A stretch of DNA of 56,506 nucleotides, from positions 1 to 56,506 of the forward strand of contig CAXLNC010000268.1 of the NCBI GenBank assembly GCA_964187785.1. The letters are read 5' to 3'. Position 1 is the stretch's first letter, and each line of letters begins with the position of its first letter. Of this stretch, positions 37,808 through 49,200 are shown in pieces. The notes under the pieces were generated by a model that saw only the letters and a program-made list of their open reading frames with translations, ran no database searches and was not told the origin of the DNA. A program made the position numbers and the translations under genes. Source of the stretch: Amphiscolops sp. MND2022. Taxonomy: Eukaryota.

Positions 37808-38966
37808 ACGGCAAATCGACTGAATGCTACAACAAATCTTGGTTGGGTGTTTTTCAACCACAGTCAATTGTCCGTACTTTTGTTCGTATCAGTTGACAGT
37901 TAATGTTACTAAATATGTATTGACAAGATGTTGCTTAAGCAGTTTTCAGGGTCGACAAGTAAATCGTTTTACTTCCAGATTTTACATGTTTTTGTTTTCT
38001 TTTTGCATAATGACTACGTTATACCAATTGAAGACAAATTCTTTATCAGTAAGTAAATAGGAAACTACATATAGTTGAATGGCTTTCCTGCTTGGCGTAT
38101 TGGACTAGCAGTCCAAAGAACTAGTATACAGCCAATCACAGTGCAGTAATCACTTCGTATAAATATTTAGTCTGGCTAACTGAATGCAGACAAATAGGAC
38201 ATGCGCCGGAAACAGCAACAAACAAATATTTTTCCACAAAAACTTTACACTAGTTCAAGTAAAAGTAAAACCTCTTTCATAATGGGACTATAACGTCTAT
38301 TTTTAAAACAGTTTTTTTGCTTGAACAAAACGTTTTTCATACATTTTGACTATGAATATATTCGTAAAAAGTGTTTATTGATGACTCAAAACAGGAAGCT
38401 GTTGATTTCTTCATCAAAAATGCGTGACTACTTTGGGAGAAAGTGTGAACAAAGTCCGTATCTCATTTCCAAACTGTCATCCTGAGAATATACTTAAAAT
38501 TGAAGCATTCTGGCTCGAATTCAAGTATTTTTAAATCAGATTTTCATTAAATTTACAAACAAACTGGCGGTGGGGGAAAACAGAAAAAAGCCGACGAGAC
38601 ATCACATTGTAACAATATTGAAACTTTTCAATGGCTCAACTTATAGGCTTGAACAAATTATAATTCATACCTGGTTCATTAACAGTATGTATTTTTCTAC
38701 GCAGGTGCTGTTCGAATTCTCTGTGGCACCAGCAGTTATGCCTATCTGAGAGCAAAGGATGGTGCAAATCAAGTTGGACTGGAAGAGCGATACGAGGAAA
38801 TGATGAAAACTAAAACTCCAAACATTAAATGCTCTGAATTTTGAAATATTCTCATTTTGTTTTAGCATTTGCGGGAAAGAAAATCAACTTTACGCATGTT
38901 TTTTTTGCAAAATGCAGAAAAATTAGGATTTATATTTTCTTTTAGCGCGTTGCCATTCTCTATAGC

Positions 38967-39092
38967 CAGGGCTGGGTAAAATACAATAAGTGATTACAAT
39001 ATTTGCAATAATTGTGGAAGCAAAAAAATGATAATTGCAATAACTGTGTACAATGGTAAATATTGAGAGAATATTGATTGTACCCAGCCCTG
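38967..39092. mobile_element. 126-bp hAT-type MITE
   Basis: TIR CAGGGCTGGGTA / TACCCAGCCCTG; 8-bp flanks TCTATAGC / GCTATAGC (7/8). Confidence 0.85.
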
Positions 39093-39310
39093 GCTATAGC
39101 ACTATCTTTTCTGATAAGAAAAAAAGTGCTCTAATTTTTCCGCATTTGAAAACTTTGGCTTTGAGCCCCTTCCCTCTGTTGAGAAAAAGAAAGAACTAAA
39201 TAGGAAATACCGCATAGGGTACTTTCCGTTGAGAAAAAGAATTATTGTATCAACTTTGCTCCGAATTTGTCACGGTTCTTATTAGCTCAGCTGTAAATTT
39301 GTTTTCAGAG

Positions 39311-39826
39311 ATGTCGAATATCACCGCAGTCAAAAACGTCAATTGGAAAAAGCTGGCTGCAGTTGATGCATCCCTTACCAGTGAAGTTATAGATTCTTGT
39401 GGAATTAGAACACACAAAATTCAAACAGAGTTTACAGCTAACGAGGATTCAGTGATTGTGGAATCCTACCTGAGGACGCAATATTTAACAGCAAAAAACA
39501 CGTTGTCGTTTAAACCAGTGAATTACTTGACCTCGGAAAACTACACCCCAATGGGCGTATTTGCGAAAAAACCGTTTCCTGAAGGTAGTAAAATTGACGG
39601 CCTAACAGCTTTTTTATCGAAGATGCCGGAGGAAGAAGTCAAGGAAGGTGAGAATGATTTTTCACTGATAGAGAGTGGGCGGTTGGGACGACAGTGGCTG
39701 ATGCTTGGACCGCTAGCATTTGTAAATGCTTCTTGTAAGCCAAACATAGAGTATAAGCATGAAGGTAATCAATGGTGGGAACAACCCAAACTTCAAATCT
39801 TTTCATTTTTCGGAAATACTGAATAA
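39311..39826 (+). CDS. Suv4-20/KMT5B-C-like SET domain gene (SET1), 3' part of the domain missing
   Basis: [26 protein letters not shown] parallels Suv4-20 [59 protein letters not shown] parallels [33 protein letters not shown]. Candidate donor AAG|GTAATC after 39764; no next exon found. Confidence 0.8.
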   Translation: [171 protein letters not shown]

Positions 39827-40777
39827 GAAAACAATCTGAAACAGGGTTGTTGTGTTTTTAAACATTTGTTTTTCAACACCTGTTTTTAACATAATATTTA
39901 ACGTTTTTCAACCATGATTTTTCAACATATTTTCAACACCCTCAATGAATCATTTGTATTTCAGAGAAGAAAAAGCAAATTTGACAATGGAACGTTTATC
40001 AGCTCAAATTGAAATGGTGTTTTCCACCATTGGCTTTGCGTACATTGATAAAAGAAACAGATTTGGGCTGCAAAAATGGCTATTGTCCTTCGCCCCTTGC
40101 GTTGTGATGTTGTTTTATTTCAACGACGTTCTTAACTTTCTCTCAATTTTTAAGTGTTTTTAACTTTATTTAACGTTTTTAACGCTTTTGAACGTCAAAA
40201 TGTTTTCAACGTGTAAAAAATACAACCCTGATCTGAAATCTGAAATACAATTTTCAAAAAAAAACAATTTCCAATTTCAATTTTCACTTTCACAAATAAT
40301 TGTTTCCCTCCTTTGAAGGTAATATCATGCTTTAAAATGTCATCGAAGACATCCGAGAAGGAGCCGAAATTGTAGTCTATTATCATAAACATTACTTTGG
40401 CGACTTCAATGTTAATTGCTTGTGCCCCTTCAAGTCTAAGCATCGTGAATATTTCACCGACAATTTACCAAGGACGAGAATAGCAAAAAAACGCAAAACT
40501 CATGAAATACTCATCTTCGTATGTCAAAGATTAAAAACTTCATCTGAAGATTTCAACTACTTTTTGCCCATTACCTTGGCAATTTTTAAATGCTCAGTTT
40601 ATTTTTATTAGTATTCGTATGCTGAATATACTGAAGAAGAAAATATCATACCAATACCGAACAATAATTGAATTTGTTCACAACAGGTCCGCTCAAATTT
40701 AAACTTTGGTCATTTTTTACTTGAAACTCACATGAAAGTTTATAACTATAGTTATAGCGTCTTCTTCCATTTCAGAT

Positions 40778-43700
40778 ATGTCTGGCAACATCGTCATTCC
40801 TTGGCGAAAACTGAGAACGATAGATAGCTCTATTTGGAAGCAGACTGTCGTTGACAACATAGATTTCACAACAGAGATGTCAACGAGTACGAGTGAGTAG
40901 ATATCTAGTGATAAACATATATAAACATATAAACATTATCGGAGACTCAAATTCGAAAATTGTTTTTGAAAAAAAGGAAAAACGAGAAATGAAGTAATCA
41001 AATGAACATCATTCAAACGACTGCGAAGCTTTTGATTATTATTGATAAGTATTACTCAAGTCCTCGTATTTACAAGAAAAATATCGAAATTTCAACGAAA
41101 ATAGAAAAAAAGATATGAGTTTTTGAAATGCAGTTTGTCTTGAAATATTTTTTCAGGTACATCTGGCGACGATGATTTGTTGAGAAAGTTTCTCTCATCA
41201 GAGTATGGTATCTTCCGAGAATTATTTCAACATAAGCAATGCAGTGGAGTCATCACCAGACAGCCGTTAGAAAAAAATGTGATGCTATCAGGATTGATAG
41301 GCGTTGTTGCCTCGATATCTACTGAAGAATTTCTGGAACAACAACAAAAGGACTTCATGGTCTACAGAAAAAGAGAAGAAGAGGAGTTGTTTCTGCTTTG
41401 AGGGCCTTTGTCATTGGTTAGAAACTCATGTACACCCAATGTTGACATTATAAAGTCTGGAAATGTTTTGTCCTGCCAACCTACCAGACATATTAGCGCT
41501 GGTGAAGTAATTTCGCCAGGATTTGATGTTTTTCATTCAAAAGAGTACAGTTTCAGCGGAAAAGAAAATTTAGATACAGTAAGTCTTTTGTCACAACAGA
41601 CTTTAATGGGCTCTCCAGTTCCAGTGAAACGACCGTATTTTCTCTCATCGACTCCTTTACATCGTGTTCGTGATCCTTTACATCGCTTCTCAATCAACGT
41701 ATCTCGAGTTGAAGAACAAACACCGGAAGACGATACAGACGAAGAAGAACTTCTGAACTATGATGACGTTTTTGGTGATTATGGCAACCGAAGTGATGAG
41801 CGTTTAATCAGTATCGAGGACAGCAACAGTATTGCCCAAAACAACAGCGAGACCCAAGACGATACAGCAGAAAATCAACCAGATAATTTCATTCTGGAAG
41901 AAGACATACGAAGTAAGTTTATTTACTTTGCTATAGCCTTTTCGACAACCCGTTTGTCGGAATACTATTGTCTGATTTTCAAATTACCACTAGGTGTACA
42001 GTAATACACTGGTAACTACATGTACAGCGAATTAAAAAAAAACATCAATTTCCAAATAACATTCTGTTCATATTTTGCCATGAAAGTTACATTGAGGAAA
42101 CTTGCAATTTTTTTTCAAAATTTCAATAAACCAAACTTTTCAGCGAAAATATTAGTTTTTAAAGAAAAAATTAATGGTTTTTGTTCTAACTTTGTGATTC
42201 GCATTTTCGGGACGTAGCATTAGGATTATATCAACACAGTGGATGTTAACAAAAACTCTAAAATTACGATTTAAAAATCATACTTATATTTGGAATTCTT
42301 CATTTTTTGAGGAAACGATCAAGCATCAGACTCAACTGGAGACCCTGGCAAGCTACCCGGCGAACCACCTGGCGAAACACCTGGCGAACTACCAATTGTT
42401 CATGGATCAGCACATTCAGTTTCTTCTTTCATGAGAAACCTCCAATCCTTCCATATTAGACATAAAACTTCCAAAGTTGCTCAGAAAGAATTGTTACGCC
42501 TAATCAACAATTTTTTTGGTCCTCTCCAGATCTCATCAGAATGTTACTTGGAGGAAAAACCTTGTCTCACTGTTTTCGACTTCGCAGATTGCAAGTTAAT
42601 CTGTGTAGACGCTGTAAAACAACTCCAGTTTTTGATAAACAGAAGTTTTCGTCATATTGAGAAATCTTGGCATGCTGATTGCGATTTCCAAATACCACAT
42701 TACCCGATGAAAAAAGGTGAGATTCAGCTAAATCTAAATTTGGATGGAGTGCCTATTTTCAAGTCTCGGAAATTCAGCATTTGGCCTTTCTGGTTACAAG
42801 TTGTTAATTTGCCTCCAAAACTGCGGTCATCTTTCAAAAACAACCTTTTGTTAGGATTGTGGCAAGGGATCTCAAAACCTGATTGGGAAACGATTTTACC
42901 AAAAATTAGCTTTGAGATGGAATCTTTGGAGAAACCGAGTTTCAACGAACATATCGGAACATTCAAATGTAAATTTTGTCTACTAATCTGCGACATGCCT
43001 GCAAAAGCTGCTGCTTTGAACATGAATCAATTTAATGGTTTTAATGGGTGCACCCATTGTTTGATGATTGGGAAAAGAGAAGATCATCGCACGTTATACC
43101 CTTGTACGGATAACGCTCCCTTAAGAGATGAAAAAAGTTTTTCGCAAAATGCTAAGAAAGCCGAGGAAACCAAAAAAAGTTGTCGCTGGCATCAAAGGGC
43201 AGTCTTTTCTCAAGTCACACTTCGCTTTTCCCTGGGATGCTCCAGTTGACCCGATGCATCAGATTTATCTAGGCACAGGAAAATCTCTGAAAAAGCTTTT
43301 CGTATCGAGCTTGAAAAAATTTGAATTATCAACATTGAATACATTTTTGCAAATTTTAAGAATACCCAATGAGTTCCTCCGTCGCCCAAAGAAAGTTGAA
43401 GAGATTTCATATTGGAAAGCTGGTGACTTCAAACTTATGTTTTTACACATGATTCCGCTGATCATTGGCCAATTCAAAAGTCTTGCTGATGAAAAGAAGA
43501 AAAAGTATCAAAAGTTTTCTTTAGCTGTTCGGTTATTGTCCCTGAAGCAGGTTCGTGAGGAACATGTGAAGGAAGCTTCTTCTCTGATTCAATCCTTTTT
43601 TTCCAACTTCACGGAGATTTACGGAACAAATATGCAATCGTATAACTTTCATTCAATGCGACATTTGTGTGATCAAGTTCGACGAGTGGGACCTCTTCGG

Positions 43701-44276
43701 AACACATCAGCTTTTTCTTACGAATCAGCCAATCATTTTCTTGTCAAAAATGTGGCGGGTACAGTAAAATCACCAGAAGCTATCGTCGAGGCTTTTTTGA
43801 AATCTAAAGAAGTGTTCATTTGTGATGATACCGAACCAGATTTTGAAACTTTGAAAAAGTTTTCGAAAGTTTCTACTGATTGTCACAACTTCTGCAAAAT
43901 ATTCCCAGGTCAACAAGACTTTTTTGGTCGCTTCCGTACTCCTGACGGAGTAATTCTATCCTCTTTGTCCTACTCAAGGCCGAACGACAATGTGTCAAAC
44001 TGCGTTATTCAAACAAGAAGTGGGATTTTTGTACAAGTGGAAAGTTATCTTTCCATTGAATCTACTTTGTTTGCAATTGTCCGTACATTTCGGAATGTCA
44101 AAACCTTTGACGAGTTACCACGCAGTTTGCAAACTAATTTTTTGTATCGTTTAGAAGATCTAGGGCCACTAGAGAGAATTAATACGGATCAATTGGCGTA
44201 TAAATGTGTTCTGATTGAGTTGCAAAGTGGGACATTTCTTGCCAGTGTTGTTAAAGAAGGATTCGAACATAATTGA
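40778..44276 (+). pseudogene. Predicted SET2-CACTA/CMC transposase fusion gene (about 945 codons; one premature stop, one +1 homopolymer indel)
   Basis: Exons 40778-40892, 41157-41912 and 42312 (or 42330)-44276 are in phase. SET motifs GPLSLVRNSCTPN and RHISAGEVIS. TGA at 41399-41401; extra A in the A7 run at 43172-43178. Confidence 0.6.
42431..44276 (+). CDS. CACTA/EnSpm (CMC superfamily) DDE transposase domain, split by one frameshift
   Basis: LNLDGVPIF, WP..LQVVNLPPKLR, LLGLWQG..KP, CDMPAKA, FNGFNGCTHC, PVDPMHQIYLG, WKAGDFK, YNFHSMRHL, GPLRNTSAFSYES: the conserved CMC motif series including D, DxxH and E. Confidence 0.9.
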
Positions 44277-45218
44277 ACTTTGAAACAAGAGTAATTATTT
44301 TTCGAGAAGAGTACTTAGACGTCTATTGTTGTTCACAAATGAAGTTGTAACTTTTTTAATGGACAAACCATTTTCAGAATCATTTGATGATCATTAACAC
44401 GAAGGATGAAAACTTCGACACTCTTTCGTAAGTTGAATTCGATTGATCTGACAATTGCAATCTAAAATAGTTTTTGTTTTCGTTTTTCTACTGATAAAAT
44501 CCTGTTTTTATTTTAGCACTTACTCTCAGGTATTGATCCGGATCAGGCCCGCCTATACATCAGTCGGAGTCGCAATTTCTAACAAAAAATGCAGAACCTC
44601 TCGCGGTAAGTTTGACCAAAAATTGAGACACAAGACTTTCATAATCCCTCTCGTTTTTTTTGAAATCTAGACATCTTTTCATCATTTTCCATAGAAAACG
44701 ATATAATCATTATAAAAGGATCATATTATAAAATGTTCATTAAGAAATGATGATAAAATCGGCTCTTTTTCCTTTTCCTCCCCACACTTTTCAAAGAAAA
44801 CAAACTCAACATAAAGGATTATATTTGACTATATCATTCAATATTTCTTCGAATAAAACTTTTCCTTTGTTTTGTTGTGTCCACACTATTAGAGTAGGTT
44901 TCCGCTTGAACAAAACATTGTTCACACAATTTGACTAATTATGTTCGTATTGAGTGATGACTCAAAACAGGAAGCTGTTGATTTCTTCATCAAAAATTCG
45001 TAACTACATAGGAAAAAGTGTGAACAAAGTTTGTATCTGAATCCTAAACTATCCCCCTGAGACTAAATTTAAAACAACTGTTTCATTGGAAACGTAATTG
45101 AGATATATTTAATTGCAAAAACATCATCTTGAAAAGTGTAGGGGGGAAAGGAAAAGTTCCATAAACTCAATATATAAAATGATATTCCGCAAGATGACTG
45201 ATTTGGAAAGCAAATTTC

Positions 45219-45629
45219 GGCTCTTTTCTGTTTTCCCCCCCACCACCAAAATTTTTGAAAATAACTTTCCTTAAAAACTTTATACTAGCCTAATTAAAAG
45301 CAAAACATTCTTTCATAACAGGAAGATAACTTCTATTAGAGTAGTTTTCCGCTTGAACAAAACATTGTCCACGCTTTTTGACTATAATTATGTTCGGATT
45401 AAGTGTTTATTGATGACTCAAAACAGGAAGCTGTTGATTCTTCATCAAAAATGCGTAACTACATATTGAAAAAAGTGTGAACAAAGTTTGTATCTGAATC
45501 CTAAACTATCACCCTGAGAATAAATTTGAAACTGAAGCTTTCTGGTTTGTATTCAAGTCTATGTGTTATAAGATTTTCAATAATTTTCCAAAAAAAATTT
45601 GGTGGTGGGAGGGAAAACAGAAAAGAGCC
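45219..45629. mobile_element. 411-bp MITE, GGCTCTTTTCTGTTT family
   Basis: Long TIR including CCACCACCAAA; perfect 8-bp TSD CAAATTTC. Confidence 0.92.
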
Positions 45630-46155
45630 CAAATTTCTGAAATTTTGGACAACGTGTACACTACGTGAGCGACCTCAATTAGGCGAAGCCGAGACAAGAA
45701 ACGAGACAACTACTACTCGCATCCAATACTGACGTCACTGACGAGTCCGCGCGACAGAAGGCAATTACAGCGTAATGTAATGTAATGTATATACTGGTGA
45801 CGTCGATTATAATAGCGACGTCACAGAGCAACTTGAAGAAACAAATTATTCCACGTGTCTCTGTTTTGTCCAAAAAGCGTCAAAGAAATGAAAACATTCC
45901 AAATGCGGATGAAAAAAACAGTAAAAACGATTGAAAATCAACGTGTCTCGGATTTGTCCACAAAGCGTCACAGGAGTGAAAACATTCCAAATGTTTTTTT
46001 TTCGTTTGATTTTTTTCGTTTTTTGGCACTATGCGACTTTTTTTTCGAAAATTTTTGGGTTCTATCAAAAAGTAACCCCTTGCATTTTTTTGTTGAAGTT
46101 TTCGGTTTGTAAAAACGTTTAATGGGCCTGAATGGCCTCTTTTTGAGTTTTTCGA

Positions 46156-46572
46156 GGCTCTTTTCTGTTTCCCCCCCCCCCCACCACCAAGTTTTTTTTT
46201 GAAAACTAGTGAAAATCTAATAACAAATAGACTTGGATACAAACAAGAAAGCTTCAGTTTTAAATTTATTCTAAGGGTGATAGTTTAGGATTCAGATACA
46301 AACTTTATTCACACTTTTTCCCTATGTAGTTACGCATTTTCGATGAAGAAATCAACAGCTTCTTGTTTTGAGTCATCAATAAACACTTGATACGAACATA
46401 ATCATAGTGAAAATGTGTGAACAATGTTTTGTTCAAGCGGAAAACTACTCTAATAAAAGTTAACTTCCTGTTATGAAAGAAGGTTTTACTTTTAACAAGG
46501 TTAGCCTAATGTTTTTAAGGAAAGCTATTTTCAAAAAATTTGGTGGTGGGGGGGGGAAAACAGGAAAGAGCC
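46156..46572. mobile_element. Inverted copy of the GGCTC MITE family (no TSD); partial copies at about 38220-38590 and 44810-45070
   Basis: Same TIRs; the interior is the reverse complement of 45219-45629. Confidence 0.8.
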
Positions 46573-46574
46573 AA

Positions 46575-47275
46575 AAGTAAAAACGATTGAAAATCAACGT
46601 ATCTCGGATTTGTCCAAAAAGCGTCACTGGAATGAAAACATTCCGAATGCGGTTGAAAAAAAAGTAAAAACGATTGAAAATCAACGTGTCTCGGATTTGT
46701 CCACAAAGCGTCACAGGAGTGAAAACATTCCGAATGCGAATGAAAAAAAAGTAAAAACGATTGAAAATCAACGTGTCTCGGATTTGTCCACTAAGCGTCA
46801 CAGGAATGAAAACATTCCAAATGCGGATGAAAAAAAAGTAGAAACGATTGAAAATCAACGTGTCTCGGATTTGTCCAAAAAGCGTCACAGGAATGAAAAC
46901 ATTCCAAATGCGGAAGAAAATAAAAGTGAAAACTAATGAAAATCAACGTGTCTCGGATTTGTCTGAAACGCGTCACAGGAATGAAAACATTCCAAATGCG
47001 GATGAAAATAAAAGTAGAAACTAATGAAATCAACGCGTCTCGGCTTTGACCAAAAAGCGTCACAGGAGTGAAAACATTCCGAATGCGAATGAAAAAAAAG
47101 TAAAAACGATTGAAAATCAACGTGTCTCGGATTTGTCCAAAAAGCGTCACAGGAATGAAAACATTCCAAATGCGGATGAAAAAAAAGTAAAAACGATTGA
47201 AAATCAACGTGTCTCGGATTTGTCCAAAAAGCGTCACAGGAATGAAAAAACATTCCAAATGCGGAAGAAAATAAA
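46575..47275 (+). repeat. 87-bp satellite array, about 8 units (short array also at 45855-45990)
   Basis: A 29-codon unit SKKRHRNENIPNADEKKVKTIENQRVSDL repeats in ORF 46610-46936. Confidence 0.92.
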
Positions 47276-48404
47276 ACTCAAAACCAGAGAAATTTCTCTG
47301 ATTTTTACTTTCATTTAGAATTTTAATAGTAATTTTATTTACTTTTTCATTAACGAATTCTTACTTTTCTTCATTGACAATTGTTACTTTTTTCCGATAT
47401 TCCAAGCACGGTAATAACTCCTTCGATGAGAGAATTATTTGCATCCCTTGAACACGAACAATAGTCAATTTCCGTTTCTTCAAAGAGTACAACTACTAGG
47501 AAGAATTCAAATAATAAATTGTTAACTCAGGACTCATGCAGTAATTACAGGCATAACAAACATATGTAAGATGTGAGGACAGAAAAACAAATGTAAATAT
47601 AAATGGTAGCAATTTTATAAATACAATTTTTGATAGCAAGTTTGTGTTTTCGGTTCTTTGTTTATGTTCAAGTCGAGCCAATCGGGTGAAGAAACTCAAA
47701 GAGACCCTAACTGAGCCAAACACATTATACATTGAAGGTAAGTGCAGAAGTTAACCGAAAACACCCGAGATGCATTCATGCCTTTCAAAATGTTGACAAA
47801 TCCACTGAGTCTTTTTTAGGATTGTTGAAGACATGTCTGCAGGCGAATTTCAGTCGAGGCAACTCAGCTTGAACAACTAAAACAAGTAAAACAATACCAA
47901 CTAGAATGAACCTCAAAACGGCTGCAAAATGAATAACGTAAAAGTTATTGACACTGCAGTTGAACGTGTTTTTTGCGTTACTCATTTTGCAGCCGTTGTT
48001 AGGTTCATGATTACATTCAACTAATTTTTTGTTCAGTCGCGCTGTCCAGAATTCCTTTCAGCCAATCATGTTTTGCATCATGTTATCACCATACTACAAA
48101 GTGTCATCTTAAGTTTGCTATTCCAGAACTACAGCACCGCAGATACGTCTCGACTCGAGGTCAATTTAAGCTGACATAGAGACAACAAGGAACATGGAAC
48201 TAAGTAAGTTCACTTTTGCTCCTTTTCGGTAGCCTTCGATTGTTTCGTAGTTCATTCCTGAAGCGAATTCCAGCAGAAGTAACAATATTCTCAAAATTGG
48301 GAATAACATCTAAAAAATGGGAATAATGTCTAAATATTGAGACGTTACTGCTGAAAATTGAATGATATTTAGACGTCTAGATTTGGATCTTTTCTGTCAA
48401 TCCC

Positions 48405-48566
48405 CCCACAGTAAGCGCGAAAAATTTTAATTCCCCAACACTCCCCGGTAAAATTGTTCCTTTAGACGTATTTCCTCATAAAATTTGATAGACTTTTTAA
48501 ATTTAAACTTCTATAGACGTTATTATAATAACGTTGAGGAATTAAATTTTCCCCGCTTACTGTGGG
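48405..48566. mobile_element. 162-bp MITE with CCC termini
   Basis: CCCACAGTAAGCG / CGCTTACTGTGGG with imperfect extension to about 35 bp. No clear TSD. Confidence 0.6.
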
Positions 48567-49200
48567 TGGTGGGGGAGGCTAATAAATAGACAAGATTTGT
48601 GATCACCATGTTTCATAGTATGAGGAACGTTGAATTCTAGATTGAAAGTCGAACGTTTCTTTCTCTCCAATGTGATCTCTCTCTGACACGGGCGGACTGG
48701 AACAAAACATTTGTAAAAGAAGTACCACTGCAAGAGAAGCCTTTCGTATTTTCGAGTTAGTGAAACATTTCTTGAATCCGTGACGCCCCCCACCGCGGCT
48801 AGTTAGTACTTATAAGCAAATGCCGTATGGGAAAAATATCAAATGTTTGCATATGAATTATTGCAACTACAGCATACTTTTGCAAACTTTGACCTGCTAA
48901 TTTGTATTAAGAGGAAATTATTCAAATCAACGCAAAGGACATGTCAACATGATAGTATTGGAACCTTGTGTACCATATTATTGGCAAATTAGCATGTTTT
49001 TTTTCTATTATATCCCTTTCGGGCAAAATTGGGACTTTCAAAACAGTTTACCAATTTTCAATTATTCAATTCAATAAAAAAAAATAATCAATATATTAAA
49101 CGAAAACAAAGTTGAGATCTTATTATATTACAACTAATTCATTCGTTATTCCTCACTATTTTGAAAATTAACTATGTGTCTTATCCCCCAATAAACTATA

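Noticed and set aside
39771-40035. Possible MITE (CAATGGTGGGAA ... TTCCACCATTG) truncating SET1
   Set aside because: The inverted match is short and gapped, and the flanks share no TSD.
40195-40443. 82-aa minus-strand ORF between the SET genes
   Set aside because: No motif and no supporting splice partners.
41399-41401. In-frame TGA as selenocysteine or readthrough
   Set aside because: It aligns to Leu in SET1 and Suv4-20 (TTA to TGA is one change), and no SECIS-like hairpin was noticed.
43172-43179. Programmed ribosomal frameshift at the AAAAAAAG run
   Set aside because: The required shift is +1 and the run is not phased as a canonical -1 X XXY YYZ site; an indel is simpler.
46460-47318. 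Repetitive ORFs of 90-155 aa on both strands
   Set aside because: An 87-bp unit (multiple of 3) keeps frames open automatically, and there is no unique start or flanking exon.
47785-47985. 66-aa minus-strand ORF with a signal-peptide-like hydrophobic stretch
   Set aside because: Short, with no continuation in any frame; could be chance in AT-rich DNA.
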